A DNA stretch of 63,429 bases, the filler included, from Folioceros fuciformis (Eukaryota): the NCBI GenBank assembly GCA_049999805.1. It is 4 parts of 4 records of this genome, joined end to end, with 100 filler letters (N's around TTAATTAATTAA, not from the genome) between each part and the next. Parts side by side here need not be neighbours in the genome. Positions count along the whole stretch, not along the records: positions 28,925 to 52,937 come from JBNGIO010005395.1; positions 53,038 to 58,333 come from JBNGIO010005397.1; positions 58,434 to 63,429 come from JBNGIO010005413.1; 1 more part is not named here. One strand, 5' to 3'. The notes under the pieces were generated by a model. The model had not been told where the DNA came from and made no database searches. It saw only the letters and a program-made list of their open reading frames with translations. Every line of letters starts with the position of its first letter. Positions within the stretch are counted from its first letter, which is position 1. The translations under genes were made by a program, and so were the position numbers. Positions 49,602-61,992 of the stretch are shown here, piece after piece.

Positions 49602-50933
49602 ATGTCAGCCGCCCCGAGCTCTTCATTCTTTTCCAGCTTAGGTGCTGCTTTGAAGCTTCCCCTGTCTCCTGCCAGCAACATCTTCTCTGGATCAAGCAGG
49701 CGTGGAATCAGCGGGATACAGAATTTTGATGTCAACCTCACCGATAGGCTGGAGGGCCTGAAGCCGTCCTCCGAGACATATTTCCTGTCATTACCATGGC
49801 TGTCTAAGGGAATGTCCATCGTCCTCGCTTCGCACTCGGCCGTAGAGAGCCTGATTCCAGACCTCGAGCAGTCTCCTCTGACGAAACGAGACGAGAGGTG
49901 GGTGTTGGACTTCCTGGACGAGAGTGCCAAGCTGCTGGACGTGTGCAACGGGTTGCGGGAGGGTGTGGCTCAGCTGGAAGAATGTCAGATGCTGGTGCAT
50001 CTGGTGCTGCACAACCTGAACGTGAACTCTGCAGCCGCTTTCGCGGAGTCCCAGGTGCAGAAGGCGAGGAAAGCGGTGCTGGATTTCCAGGCTCTCACAG
50101 AGAGACCTGCGGGGGACGACGACCAGGACTTGTCGTGGCCAGAGAGGACAAGCAGCTCTGGGAGCTCTGGAAGGCTTTTCTCGCTGGAGAGGAAGAGATC
50201 TAACAGCTGGGGGATATCCAAGGACAAGGCCGCTCTGCAAAGGCTGCAAAGCAAGTCCAGCAATGGCAGCAGCCACGGAGGGAGCTCTAACGGGAGCAGC
50301 TTGTCGGAGCTCCGGGAAAACGGAAGCGGGGCCAAGTCGGTGAAGAAGTTAGCGGATCAGATACCGGAGATCGAGCTGCTCAAGAGCATGACGGAGAAAT
50401 TCCTCCCTCCCAAGGGGGTTGACAGCAGCAAGGGAAGGAACGCCTTCATAGCCGGGATCTACGCAGCGAAGGTGACCACCGTGTGCGTGCTGGGCGTGGT
50501 GTATGTGACCCTCACCAGCAAAGCTGGCGGAGACGGTCTGAGCCTGCTCATGAGCTGCTCATCCCAGATCAGCCGTCAATTCATGTGGGCAGCGCCTCTT
50601 CTGGATTTGCTGGACAGGGTGGCCATGGAGATCGGATGGCAGAGAAAGCAGACGAAATTGACGTCTTTCGTCGCGGAGCTGGTGAGGATAGACACCAGCA
50701 TGAGCCGGCTGCTGGACATGATCCAAGCTGCTCGAGCCGGGAGAGTGTTCCCTGTGCCTGCTAAATTGGAGGATGAAATGCGGGAGGAACTGACCGTTTT
50801 GAAGCAGCACTTGGAGGATTTCGAGCACGGGCTTAACAACCTGGAGGAGCAAGTGAATGAATTGTTCCGCATGTTGATTGCCAGCAGGACGCAGCTACTG
50901 GATGTGTTGGGCAGCTCCAAAGGGCTCTTCTGA
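49602..50933 (+). CDS. BPS1/ROH1-like (DUF793) protein, 443 aa, intronless CDS
   Basis: FLSLPWLSKGMSIVLASH, RWVLDFLDESAKLLDVCNGLREGV, FIAGIYAAKVTTVCVLGVV, FMWAAPLLDL, LEEQVNELFRMLIASRTQLLDVL. Confidence 0.9.
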   Translation: MSAAPSSSFFSSLGAALKLPLSPASNIFSGSSRRGISGIQNFDVNLTDRLEGLKPSSETYFLSLPWLSKGMSIVLASHSAVESLIPDLEQSPLTKRDERWVLDFLDESAKLLDVCNGLREGVAQLEECQMLVHLVLHNLNVNSAAAFAESQVQKARKAVLDFQALTERPAGDDDQDLSWPERTSSSGSSGRLFSLERKRSNSWGISKDKAALQRLQSKSSNGSSHGGSSNGSSLSELRENGSGAKSVKKLADQIPEIELLKSMTEKFLPPKGVDSSKGRNAFIAGIYAAKVTTVCVLGVVYVTLTSKAGGDGLSLLMSCSSQISRQFMWAAPLLDLLDRVAMEIGWQRKQTKLTSFVAELVRIDTSMSRLLDMIQAARAGRVFPVPAKLEDEMREELTVLKQHLEDFEHGLNNLEEQVNELFRMLIASRTQLLDVLGSSKGLF

Positions 50934-52212
50934 AACTGTGGCAAGCAGAAGCAGACATAAGTAGACACTAGCTGCGTCCTACAAACCAGTGGCTTCCCTG
51001 GATATGTTTCCAGTCCTAAGGGCTGGATGAAGCACAAAGCCACAGGAAACATTGCCTTGCTCTGTGTGATCAGGTCTGGCAGGGTGAAAGCAGAGGAGCC
51101 AAGGACGACGAGCATTCCAAAGACCAACAGCCATTGCTGCAGGGAGAACCAAGTCCAGTAATTCCGTCTGTACATTACTTTAGAGGATTGGAGTTTTACC
51201 GGGAGGGATACCCAAGACAAAGAGAGAATCCTTGTTGATAAGTGTGTTTGCAAATAGTAAGCTGCTTATACGAGGCTTTACGGAGGCTCTCTCCAGCTTT
51301 CTCCTTGGAATGTACTTGAAAACTCTTGAGAACGTGATGCAGGTCACTAGAGCAATGCGTTAGTATAGTTGCAACTGGCGTTTCCTGGGGTCGCTTACTC
51401 GTAGTTGCCACACAGCTTATGCCTCCTTTCTCACCTATCATAGGCACAGGCACAGGTTCTCATGTCCCGCCTTTTACAAGTCATCAGGGTCAGCTACTGG
51501 ATTCCGTACTGAGGAAATAGATGTCACGATATTCGGTACTGCGTCCTGACACATTGAACCCGATCCTTCGAAAAAACTTACGAAAAGGCAAGAGGCCAGC
51601 AACATCCCAACCTGCTGAAAGACAACGTGCTTCCGTGTGTCCTGCACGTGGGAAACTTCCACGGAAATGTTTTACTCCGCTTTGGAGTGTGGAGAGCCTA
51701 CAGCAGCGCATCTCACAGGGATTTAACAATACAAAGAGGTACTAGCGTACCCACAATGTGCTGGACCAGGGAAGGGAAGGCTTGATGTGTGGAAGTGCCA
51801 CCGTAAGTTGGTGTTGAGCCTGAGAACCCTCTTCCCTGGAAGACCTTGGACAAACGTGTTTGAGATAAGGGTATGCATTTTGGTTCGTGTTTTTCATGTG
51901 GTATGTGACTTCTAGTGTAACTCGTATGAATTTCAGAGCAATGCGATCTTGAAGTGTGAGAGATTGCCCTGGGCGACAGAGTAAGAACGTTGGTAGAATA
52001 AGGTGGAATAATTTCTGGAAAGTTAAAAAAAACAAGCGGACATAGGTAGTCTCAGTGACGTGAGAAAGGGATCGTGCGAGTGAGTAATTGACTGCATTGT
52101 TGCTTCTGAGCAGCAGCAAACAGTGTTCTGGAGCTGGTGTGGTATCCGGGCAGGTGCCGTGCACACACAGAACGAGCTTGTCGATTTTCAACTGCGTAAC
52201 CACATAGCATAT

Positions 52213-52937
52213 TCATAAGAGAGTGAGGGAGCTGGAATTCAAGCTATCCAGAACATTGATCCGACTAGTAATCAAGGCCCTGAACAAGTAGTTGATACGG
52301 TGCTCCAAGGACGTCGATCCTGTCTCCAATTCCGTGGCTGATGTGCGCAAAATCTCCACTACCTTGCCGAGATCGTTCACCTGCTCCTGCTTGAGGGGGA
52401 AGGGTGCCCTGCTGGTGAGCAAAGAATCCAAGAAGAGGAACGCCTTCCTGACCGCAGTATCCACGGAGTCCAGCTGCTGAAGAGGGTAAGAGGCGACCTG
52501 GCCCTGCGGCTGTCCGTGTCCTCCTTCACCTTATGCTGCAGGGTGAGAAACGCTTGGGACCATAGATGGCCTTGGCCGACGGTTTTCGCGGCCGGAAGGA
52601 GATGGCGGCCACGAGCAAGGCGCACACGAAAATTGTCATCACCTTGGCGACGTAGGCGGCGAGCAGGAAATCCTGGCCCTCCCGGACAGTCTCCTAGTGC
52701 GGCTTGGATGCGACAACCTTCTCCTCCATGCTCCGGAGGATGGAGCCGTAACTCTCGAGCCAGGCCTTGTTATTGCGGTGCGAGAGGGATCCGGGCCAGG
52801 GAGACAGCTCGTCCCGCCGCGCCACCGCCTCCTTGCAATCCACCAGCGCGCTCCTTGCGTGGCGGGACTGCACCTCCGTACCACCGACATCATGCGGGCC
52901 GGACCCTAACGCATGCAATGCAAGATGCAGCAGGCGC
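52213..52937 (-). pseudogene. BPS1/ROH1-like (DUF793) pseudogene, C-terminal half; 5' part lost in the gap
   Basis: LRSMEEKVV, DFLLAAYVAKVMTIFVCALLVAAIS, HLWSQAFLTLQHKV, LDSVDTAVRK, LEHRINYLFRALITSRINVLD. In-frame TAG at 52694-52696 and two frameshifts (~52580, ~52475). Confidence 0.82.
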
Positions 52938-53037
52938 NNNNNNNNNNNNNNNNNNNNNNNNNNNNNNNNNNNNNNNNNNNNTTAATTAATTAANNNNNNN
53001 NNNNNNNNNNNNNNNNNNNNNNNNNNNNNNNNNNNNN

Positions 53038-56000
53038 TGTTCACCTCATACCATGGCACACTCTCGGACCAACATGTCCTGCTCGGTGACGACAGCGCCC
53101 TAGCTATCCAAGGATCGGGAGAAATTCAGCTCTAATTATCTAACGGGGAGCTACTCACAATTAATGGAGTCCTCCACATCCCGGCAATGACAAAGAACTT
53201 GATCTCAGTTCGTAAACTTGCAACTGAGCACGATCTCATCATCGCTTTTTGAGGTAATCACTGCACAATCCACCACTCGAGAGATCAGAATTAGATAGTG
53301 CTTGCTCATGGTCTCGCGTACAATGATCTTTACCTCCTGAACATCCAGTCGACCTCATCCTTCCTTTTGGTGGATAGCTCCACCGCCACTTCTCCAAATC
53401 ATCAAAATCATGTCCTTCTTTGGCACTGTCGCGCCGGTCACATGAACCCCCGCTATCTACATGCTTTTGCTAACCCCAGCATGTACAAAGACCCTGTGAC
53501 AATCAAAGTACATAAAGACTTCTTCTGTGAGATTTGTCAGTATGCTAAGCTTGCCTAGTTACCTTTTAAACATGTTGCTCCCACTCGAGCCCGTCGCCTT
53601 TTAGAGACTGTCCATTCCGACCTTTGTGGCCCCATGAGCACCACCAGCTTTGGGGGTCACCTCTACTTTATCACCTTCCTCAACGAGTGGAACAAATACT
53701 ATCATGTTTACTTTCTCCGTCACAAAGATGAGGCCTTTTCCTGTTTTCAGGAGTATGTCACCACTGCAGAAAGGCAGACGGGGTTTCAGGTTCGCACCCT
53801 TAGAACAGACAATGGCGGGGAATATACCAGTTAATCCTTTCATTCATTCTGTACCTCTAGAGGAATTCTTCGCCAGTACACAGTTCCCTACACGCCTTCT
53901 CAAAACCCCTTTGCCGAACGACTGAACCGCTCGTTGCTGCAAATCTCGCGCTCCATCTTTAAGTTGGCAGGGCTTACAAAAGGTTATTGGGCCGAAGCTG
54001 TCTCTATAGCAAACTATCTAAAGAATCGCCTACCTACTAAGGAGCTTGTCAACACAACACCCTATGAACGCTAGACTGGCCACAAGCCCAGAATTTCTCA
54101 CCGTCGAATCTTCGGCAGCCTAGCTTTTGCTCACATCCCTGATGATCTCCATAAGAAGTGGGATGACAAAGGATGCAAACTTATGTTCATTGGTTATTCA
54201 AATCAATCCAAGGCTTACAGACTTTTCGACCCTTCTACAATGCAGGTAACCCTATCCCGTAGCATTTACTTCCATGAAGCCACTCTTATTCAAACATACC
54301 TCCATTTCGTCTCTATCGCTATTCCTTTGCCTGACCCTAGTATTTCTGGTTTCTCACCTCATTCCCGTTCTGACCTTGAGGGGGACACATATAACCCTAG
54401 TGATTATGAGTTTGAGGTTCAAGGTCCAATAGGGAATCATCCACCTCCAGCTTCACCTTGTCCCATCCAGCCACTTCAATCAGTATCTCCAAACCAAGCT
54501 CCCACTCTGCCGCATCCACACGACTCACCATTAGGTCACGCCACACCGGACAACCATACGGACAGCTTGCCTCTCCTCAACCAGCCAGATTATGAGTTCA
54601 GTACCCCTCAACCTGAACCACCACCTCTTAGGCGATCCACTCGCCACATGCCACCTAGCCATCAATGGAGAAATCCACCCTCCGTTCCCAGAGAGTCTTT
54701 TTCTCGTCAAGTAGCCACACCATCTGTAGAGGTAGAGGTACCCTTAGTTACTCCACCCGTACAATTGTCAGTTCCACCACGAGCTTCCGAGAATGATTCA
54801 ATTCAGCTTGCCCTTCATCAAGCCCTCTCTGCAATCGAGATGCAAGGTGTACCAGTAAGCATAGAAGAAGCACTTAGTATACCTGAATGGAAAGCATCAG
54901 TATAGTCCGAATACAATTCCCTAATTGCAAACGAGACCTAGAAGCTTACTGACCTGCCTGCTAGGCAGAAACCAATTTCCTGTAAGTGGACCTTCAGAAG
55001 AAAACTTAATCTAGATGGCACTGTATCAAGATTCAAGTCAAGACTCATAGCCCGTGGGTTCACCCAGGTGCCGGGCTTCAACTACGAGGAGCATTTGCTT
55101 TTCAGCCTAGTCGTAAAATCCACGTCTATCCAAATTCTTCTTGCTTTCGCAGCTCACCACCATCTGCAGATACATCAAGTTGACGTTAAAACAGCCTTCC
55201 AGTATGGAACATTGCATGAAGATATATACATGTTGCAACCACCAGGTTTCATTCAAGACCCCAGCAAGGTGTGCAAGCTTCTTAAAAGCATTTACGGCCT
55301 TAAGTAGTCAGCACAAGTGTGGGATGAAATAATGGATTTGTACCTCCGTAAATATGGTTTCTCCAGCCTCACAGCAGACAAGAGCGTATATGTTCTGAAA
55401 TCAGGAGACGAGTTTGCAATTGTGACACTTTATGTCGATGACAATTTCATTTTCAGTAACACTCCTAAAATCATTCAACATGTGAAGGACTTACTAGGTA
55501 AGGAATACGACGTTGTAGATATGGGGCCTCTCCACTTTGCACTCGGAGTCTAGTTTGAGCACAACCCATCCGATGGCTCCTTCTTCATCCATCAGGAACA
55601 TTATGTTAACCAGCTGTTTAATTTGTTAGATGCCAAACTAGTTGCTACACCAATAGCATTCGGCGACAAAGTGTCAGCACTGGACTACCCCATGTCACCA
55701 GAAGATGCCAATGAGAGGAAGAATGTACCTTACAATGAGGCTCTAGGCAGCTTGCTGTACTTATCAATATGGACAAGGCCAGACGTTGCATTAGCCGTCA
55801 ACATTGTGGCCAGATATATGTCAAACCCCGGAAAGGCTCACTGGACAAGCGTGAAACGGATCCTACGCTATCTAAAAAAGACCAAATCCTTTGGGCTACT
55901 GTATAAGGTTGATCATGCAATTAATCTCAAATTAACTGGCTTGTCAGATGCAGATTGGGCTGGCGACCCAGACTCGAGGAAATCAGTAGCAGCCTATTGC

Positions 56001-56760
56001 ATGCGCATCAACGCTTTAACAATTTCTTGGGCAAGTAAACAGATGCAGACAATCTGCACATCTTCAACCGAGGCTGAGTATGCAACAACAACCCTAGCTG
56101 CGAAAGAGATTCTATGGATCAAGCAATTTCTTTCAGGATATCAATGAGTCACAATCAGAACCAACTGAGCTGTTTTGCGATAATCAGTCTGCCATTGCAA
56201 TGACTTATAACCCAATCTTGCATGCCAAGACGAAACATGTGGAAATTCAACACCATTTCATCCGTCAGACCGTGGCCAACAAGCAAGTGATTCAGGTATA
56301 TCAGCATAGCAGGGAATACAGCAGATCTCCTGACCAAGGGTTATCCAAATCACTTCATGAGAAACATGTAGCTGCAATAGGGCCTTTCAGCAAGGATTCT
56401 TATCTTAGGCTCAAGCGTGAGGGGGAGCGACTCAATCGCCCGTGACTATTAGCCATCACACATTCTCTTAAGCAGCATCCAAATTTCAAGGCTTGCGAGA
56501 TCGGATCCATGGTGAGGGGGAGTGTTGGCGCACCGCGCTTTGGGGTACCGCCGACATACACCGCGGACCGATGCACAATGTTTTTAGGGCACGTTTCGAT
56601 TTACCCTGCTTAAGCACACATAATAGTAAATATCACAGTAAGTGTAGTTACGAACAGTTAAACTGCCCAAACCGAATAGCAGTTTATACTTTCCTATATG
56701 TGGCCATCAGCCATAATGATCGATGTTCTTTTCATGAGAATCGTTCTCTCCGTTTTCACA
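53038..56760 (+). mobile_element. Decayed Ty1/copia element (protease end, integrase, RT, RNase H, PPT, 3' LTR 56523-56760)
   Basis: LWHCRAGH, LRTDNGGEY, MFIGYS, QVDVKTAF, LYVDD, SDADWAGD, SSTEAEY, KHVEIQHHFIR. PPT tgagggggag then tgttgg...ttcaca. Multiple stops. Confidence 0.92.
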
Positions 56761-57259
56761 AAATATAGCTCAGCACTGGGATACCTTGAGGTATGCGCAC
56801 ACACGGAGCGGGAGTTTCAGACCGAAACTCAAGAAGTTTCGAGTCAAAGATTTCGTATATCTTCAGCGTTAGACAGCGGATACATTGGAGCTAGCCAACA
56901 GTCGGTATGTATTGCGGATTCATGAAGTGCGACCCAATGTTGTTCTGGTACTCAAGGGATCAGATAGCAGGGTTATTTTAGATCATACTAAGAACTGCAC
57001 AGCGTGTCATCTACCAAATCTTGACCTGGCCATCGTCACTGCAGATTGGATTCCGCCAACCGATTATCCTTGCCAGATCTGCACGACGACTGATGACTCC
57101 GAATTAATGCTTCTCTGCGATGGATGTAATGGTGGCTTCTATCTCTTCTGTCTGAAGCCACCTCTACAAGATGTGCTGGAGCACAAGTGGTATTGCCCCA
57201 AGTGCGTGCCCACCGATGTGAGTTCTGCCCACATCTTCCAGCATTTCCTCGTAGACTGA
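56761..57259 (+). mobile_element. Ty3/gypsy integrase C-terminus with PHD finger (non-chromovirus, Selgy-like), interrupted by the copia insertion
   Basis: IAQHWDTLRYAHTRSGSFRPKLKKFRVKDFVYLQR*...NCTACHLP, followed by the PHD pattern CQIC..MLLCDGCNGGFYLFCLKPPL..WYCPKC. Confidence 0.8.
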
Positions 57260-59148
57260 GCAAGTGTTTTAACATTGTTTATGAAGTGTTCACCGCTGCT
57301 TTCCCTCGACTCCATAAGCTGGGGGTGGTGTAAGTGGAACAATTTCTTTCTTTTGTCACAGGCGGACTATCAATGGCCTACTCGACTCCTTGGCTTACGA
57401 ACTATGCAGCTGAAGCAGTTTCGGGCGCAACGCTACCCACTTGTTGCCATGCTCGTTAATGGATCTGATGCCCAAAGGCACGACAATGGAACCATGGGAT
57501 CTTCTGGGTGGACTTGTGTGGGGTTAAAATATGGTACCCGGGGGTACTGCGAGGTCCACACAAGCCCTCTATGTCGTTGTAGCTCTGGGATTCGATCCCA
57601 AGGGAATGATTCGTGTTAAACTACGCAGGTTAGCTTCTAAAGTCAATTAGCACCTAAACTCGACTGACCCACGCACACACGTCCAGTGCTCGGTCCTTAC
57701 CCAGCCCCCTTACTTCTCCCACCAGACGACTCTCCTACCACCCAGTCGCACCAGGGACTACCTCCCCCTGGACTACTCTTGGTGGGCCATCGGACTACCC
57801 TCCGTTCCCCAATGGACTACTACCGTCGTCTTTCGGGCTACCACTCGTGGGCCCCACTCTCTCTCTATTTCTCTCTCTAGGATTTTCTCTCTCTCCGAGT
57901 CGTCCCTACCCGACTGTTTTCTCGCGCTTTCCCTTTTGCGCTTTCCTTCCTTGGTTCTCCACAAAATCGCCTCTCACCCTCAGGATCAAACGCACACACA
58001 TATGAACAGCAACAATCTGCCGGTCGCCTTCCACCCATGTGATTTCACACTCTAGGTACACCCTCTGCAGTCTCAAATCAACTTCCTCACAGTCTCTCCA
58101 GTCTCATCGCGGCTAGTCACTCATACACACCACGTCTCGTTACACATTACTCACCTCGCTTCCAGGGTTTCTCCGGCTTCGTTCTCCACTCACCAGTTTT
58201 TGATATACGTTCTCCTCGTCTCTGGTTACTCGCTTCTCCTCTTTCTCACACACGCGCACCCTCGCGCTTCTTTTTTATCCAATCCTCCGTCTTCTTTCTC
58301 AGCAATGCCCCTCCTGGGCTTCCATGAACATTGNNNNNNNNNNNNNNNNNNNNNNNNNNNNNNNNNNNNNNNNNNNNTTAATTAATTAANNNNNNNNNNN
58401 NNNNNNNNNNNNNNNNNNNNNNNNNNNNNNNNNAAAGGTGCCCTAGTGAATAGTGCCCTATACCTAATATATTTCATCAGTCCCAATAAGAGCCGCGGCC
58501 AGGTAGACCAGCCAGGGAGCAAGGCACTGCTCTTGCGATTGTGGCTAGGTGTCGTTGGAGGTTGAGTCTATGCGGCTGATCCAGGTCGGCTAGCTAGCAG
58601 CCTCCAGGAGGCCTAGCTGAATCAGGCGACCGGCGGGCGGCCGGTGGGCCGGCAGATCTAGTCAGCCGGGAGGCAGGATATCGAGCGAGGGGGTCAGCGG
58701 CAAGCTCGCCAGGCAGCCAGGCCAGTCCGGATGCAGACAGGCAGCTTGGTAGCGGCCAGCGGGTTGGCTATGGCTGGCCGATCCTGGGCCAGGCAGGCGG
58801 CCCGGCATCGGCGCAGGTAGACAGCCAACAGGGGTTGGCGGGACAGGTGACTGATCAGCAGCCCAGAGGATGGTCGGGCCAGTAGCGGCCTGGCTGTCTA
58901 GCTAGCAGATCCATGGCCGGCTGGTTTGGATCACGTCCATCGGGACAGCTGGCTAGGCGGATCCAGGCAAGCAAGCGGCCTAGCCAGCCAGGTAGCTCGG
59001 AGCGCAGCAGGAGCAGCCGGCTTGCCTGCTGGCTGGCATGCAGTCTGGCTGCGGTTGGTTGGGCTGGAGGTAAGTGGGCAGCGCTGGATCTGCCCTGGCT
59101 GGCTGGATGATCACGGCTGGCTGGCAGGTAAACTTGCCAGCCAGATCT

Positions 59149-60304
59149 GGCACTGCCTAGTAGGTGGTCCAAACAGATGCTGGCCGGCGACCTAACAGCC
59201 CAGAGGCTGGCGGAATCCAAGCTAGGCAGGTGGCGACCAAGTCTAGGCGGGGTGATCGAGCTGCACGGGCCGGGGGGACGAGCCGGTCAGATGTGGAGGA
59301 ACTGCAAGGGGCACTGCACAGGGCTGGTTGGTCGAGCTGGAGGTGGCGGCGCTGGATCTACAGAAATAGCAGTCAAGCCGCCTGGCTTGCAGGGGCTGGC
59401 CGGGGTGGACCTAAGCCGGGTCGGAGCCAGGAGGAGGCCGAGGGCCGGTTGGCTGGCTGGTTGCTGAGGAGCCTAGCCAGCAGGCCAGCCCGGCCCAGCA
59501 ATAGGCAACCCTGCGGGCTGGTTGCCTGGCCAGATCCAGGATGTAGGGTAGGTCGGGGGAACAGAAGGGGCGGCTGGCTGGGCGGGAACATGGCAGATCC
59601 GGATAGGCAGTCGGGATGGACCCAAGTCGGCCAGTCAGGTGGCCTGGCTTGTCGGTGGGCAGGTTGCTGCAGGCAAGAGANNNNNNNNNNNNNNNNNNNN
59701 NNNNNNNNNNNNNNNNNNNNNNNNNNNNNNNNNNNNNNNNNNNNNNNNNNNNNNNNNNNNNNNNNNNNNNNNNNNNNNNNGGCACTGCCTAGTAGGTGGT
59801 CCAAACAGATGCTGGCCGGCGACCTAACAGCCCAGAGGCTGGCGGAATCCAAGCTAGGCAGGTGGCGACCAAGTCTAGGCGAGGTGATCGGGCTGCACGG
59901 GCCGGGGGGACGAGCCGGTCGGATGTGGAGGAACTGCAAGGGCCGCTGCACAGGGCTGGTTGGTCGAGCTAGAGGTGGCGGCGCTGGATCTGCAGAAATA
60001 GCAGCCAAGCCGCCTGGCTTGCAGGGGCTGGCCGGGGTGGACCTAAGCCGGGCCGAAGCCAGGAGGAGGCTCAGGGCCGGTTGGCTGGCTGGCTGGCTGC
60101 TGAGGAGCCTAGCCAGTAGGCCAGCCCGGCCCAGCAATAGGAAACCCTGCAGGCTGGTTGCCTGGCCAGATCCAGGATGTAGGGCAGGGTGGGGGAACAG
60201 AAGGGGCGGGAACATGGCAGATTCGGATAGGTAGTCGGGATGGACCCAAGTCGGCCAGGCAGGTGGCCTGGCTTGTCGGTGGGCAGGTTGCTGTAGGCAA
60301 GAGA
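59149..60304. repeat. ~530-bp GC-rich direct repeat (59149-59680 and 59781-60304) within a GC-rich low-complexity block (~58.5-61 kb)
   Basis: Both copies run from ggcactgcctagtagg to ggcaagaga, with scattered substitutions and small indels, and are separated by an N gap. Confidence 0.88.
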
Positions 60305-61296
60305 AGATGGGCTGGCGGATCCATCCAGCTAGGAGACCGGATCGACAAACAAGCCCAGTTGGGTCAGCGGCCTGGTGGAGGGCTGGTTGCGGCTGGAGGC
60401 AGGTGGGCGGCTGGGCTAGTCGGATGGCAGCCAAGTAGGGGCTGCCCAGCAGCGGCCGGCTTGCCAGGGGGAGCCTGGCTAGGGGGGAATCCAGGCCATG
60501 CGGGCTGGGTAGGCTGGCCTCGCCGGCCCGCTGGCAGGAAAACCTAGTAAGGTAGCCCAGCCGGGCAGCGGGGCCAGACCGGCTTGCAGGCGGTCTAGCG
60601 GGTGGCTGGGCTAGCAGTGGCCCGGCTGCTGAGGGCAGAACAGGCGCCTCATCAGTGCGGACAATCGACAGGCATCCGGTAGGCCGCCAAGCAGGAAGGA
60701 GCTTGGACTGGTCAGCAGCAAGCCAGGCCGAAGCCTGAAGCAGGCCAGGGCCGGATTCGGAAGCAGGCAATGGCCTGGCTGCGGGATCCCAAGTAGGCGG
60801 GCTGATTTGGTTGTAGGTGCCGGATCTGGAAGGCGGGCTGGCTTGGGTGGATGCCTACCTAGATCGCCAAGGCAAACTGCGCAGCCCAGCAAGAAGGCAA
60901 GCCAGACGGGCAGGATCCGGCCGGACTGGCGGGCAGGCAGATGGTAAGAAGGCCGGGGCGGCAAGCTGGCTGGCAAGGCGTTGACCCCATCCTTACTCAC
61001 CTACCTGCAAGGGGAGGTTGAAGGTGGCGAGTTAGGGGCTGAGCGCTTTGGGCTCTAGACAGCAGTGAGGGAAATGGGGAGATTAGATAGCCTGCTGCTA
61101 GCAGAAGAAAGTCAGAGGCTGATGGCCCTAGATGGGGAGTTCTTATGCCCTCTCCAGGAGCGCACCCGTGTATAGGGAAGGGAAGGGGTTGATCTTAGAG
61201 AGTAGAGTGTTGAGAGGCACTAACGATTTTGGTAGTCTTGAGAGGTTGGTCAATTTTGTAAGGGCACCAAGTGGTGTCAAAGGGACACAAACCCTC

Positions 61297-61402
61297 TTAG
61301 GTCAGGATTAAGGTTAGGTTAGGGTCGGATTAAGGTTAGGTCAGAGTTAGGGTTAGGTCAAAGTTAGGGGTGGCTTAGGTCAGAATTAGGGATAGGCTTA
61401 GG
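61297..61402 (+). repeat. Degenerate telomere-like (TTAGG/TTAGGG) tract
   Basis: ttaggtcaggattaaggttaggttagggtcggattaaggttaggtcagagttagggttagg... Confidence 0.7.
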
Positions 61403-61740
61403 TCGGAGAGAGAGACTGTTGGTAGTGGACTGAGACTAACCCTATTAGACAAAGATGGGGGTCCTGGGCCTGGGTAGTATAAGAGGCTAGGCCTCTCATT
61501 AAGGGGTGGGTGGTCTTACAGTATGATTTCCCTTGACCTCGTGTGCAAGCTACCGGATTAGAGAGGCTGATCCAATGTGAGACTAACCAAGGGCTTGATC
61601 CCCCTTGGTGTGAGACTAACCAAGGGCCATGAGCCAAGGAGGCTATCCAGCCTTAGTCCTCATACCTCTGCCTTGAAGACTGCAAGGGGAAAGGTTGTTG
61701 TGCCCTAAATTCCAGGTTGAGCTGCAGATTTTGGGATTAG

Positions 61741-61992
61741 AAGATGAAGTGAAGCGCTGGAGTGAGTTGAGGAGAAGTGTTGAAGTGTTGGAGTGAGTTG
61801 AAGAGAAGTGCTGAAGTGTTGGAGTGAGTTGAAGAGAAGTGCTGAAGTGTTGGAGTGAGATGAAGTGAAGTGTTGACGTGTTAGATGGAGTGTTGGAGTG
61901 CTGAAGTGTGAAGTGAAGTGAAGAAGTGAAGGGCTGAAGTGAAGAAGTGAAAGACTGAAGTGAAGGATTGAAGAGCTGAAGGACTGAAGTGT
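61741..61992. repeat. GAAGT-rich minisatellite with ~31-bp higher-order units
   Basis: gaagtgttggagtgagttgaagagaagtgct repeated, grading into (gaagt)n. Confidence 0.85.

Noticed and set aside
59164-60770. Long overlapping ORFs (356 and 465 aa) on both strands
   Set aside because: They span an N gap and arise from GC-rich repetitive sequence poor in stop codons.
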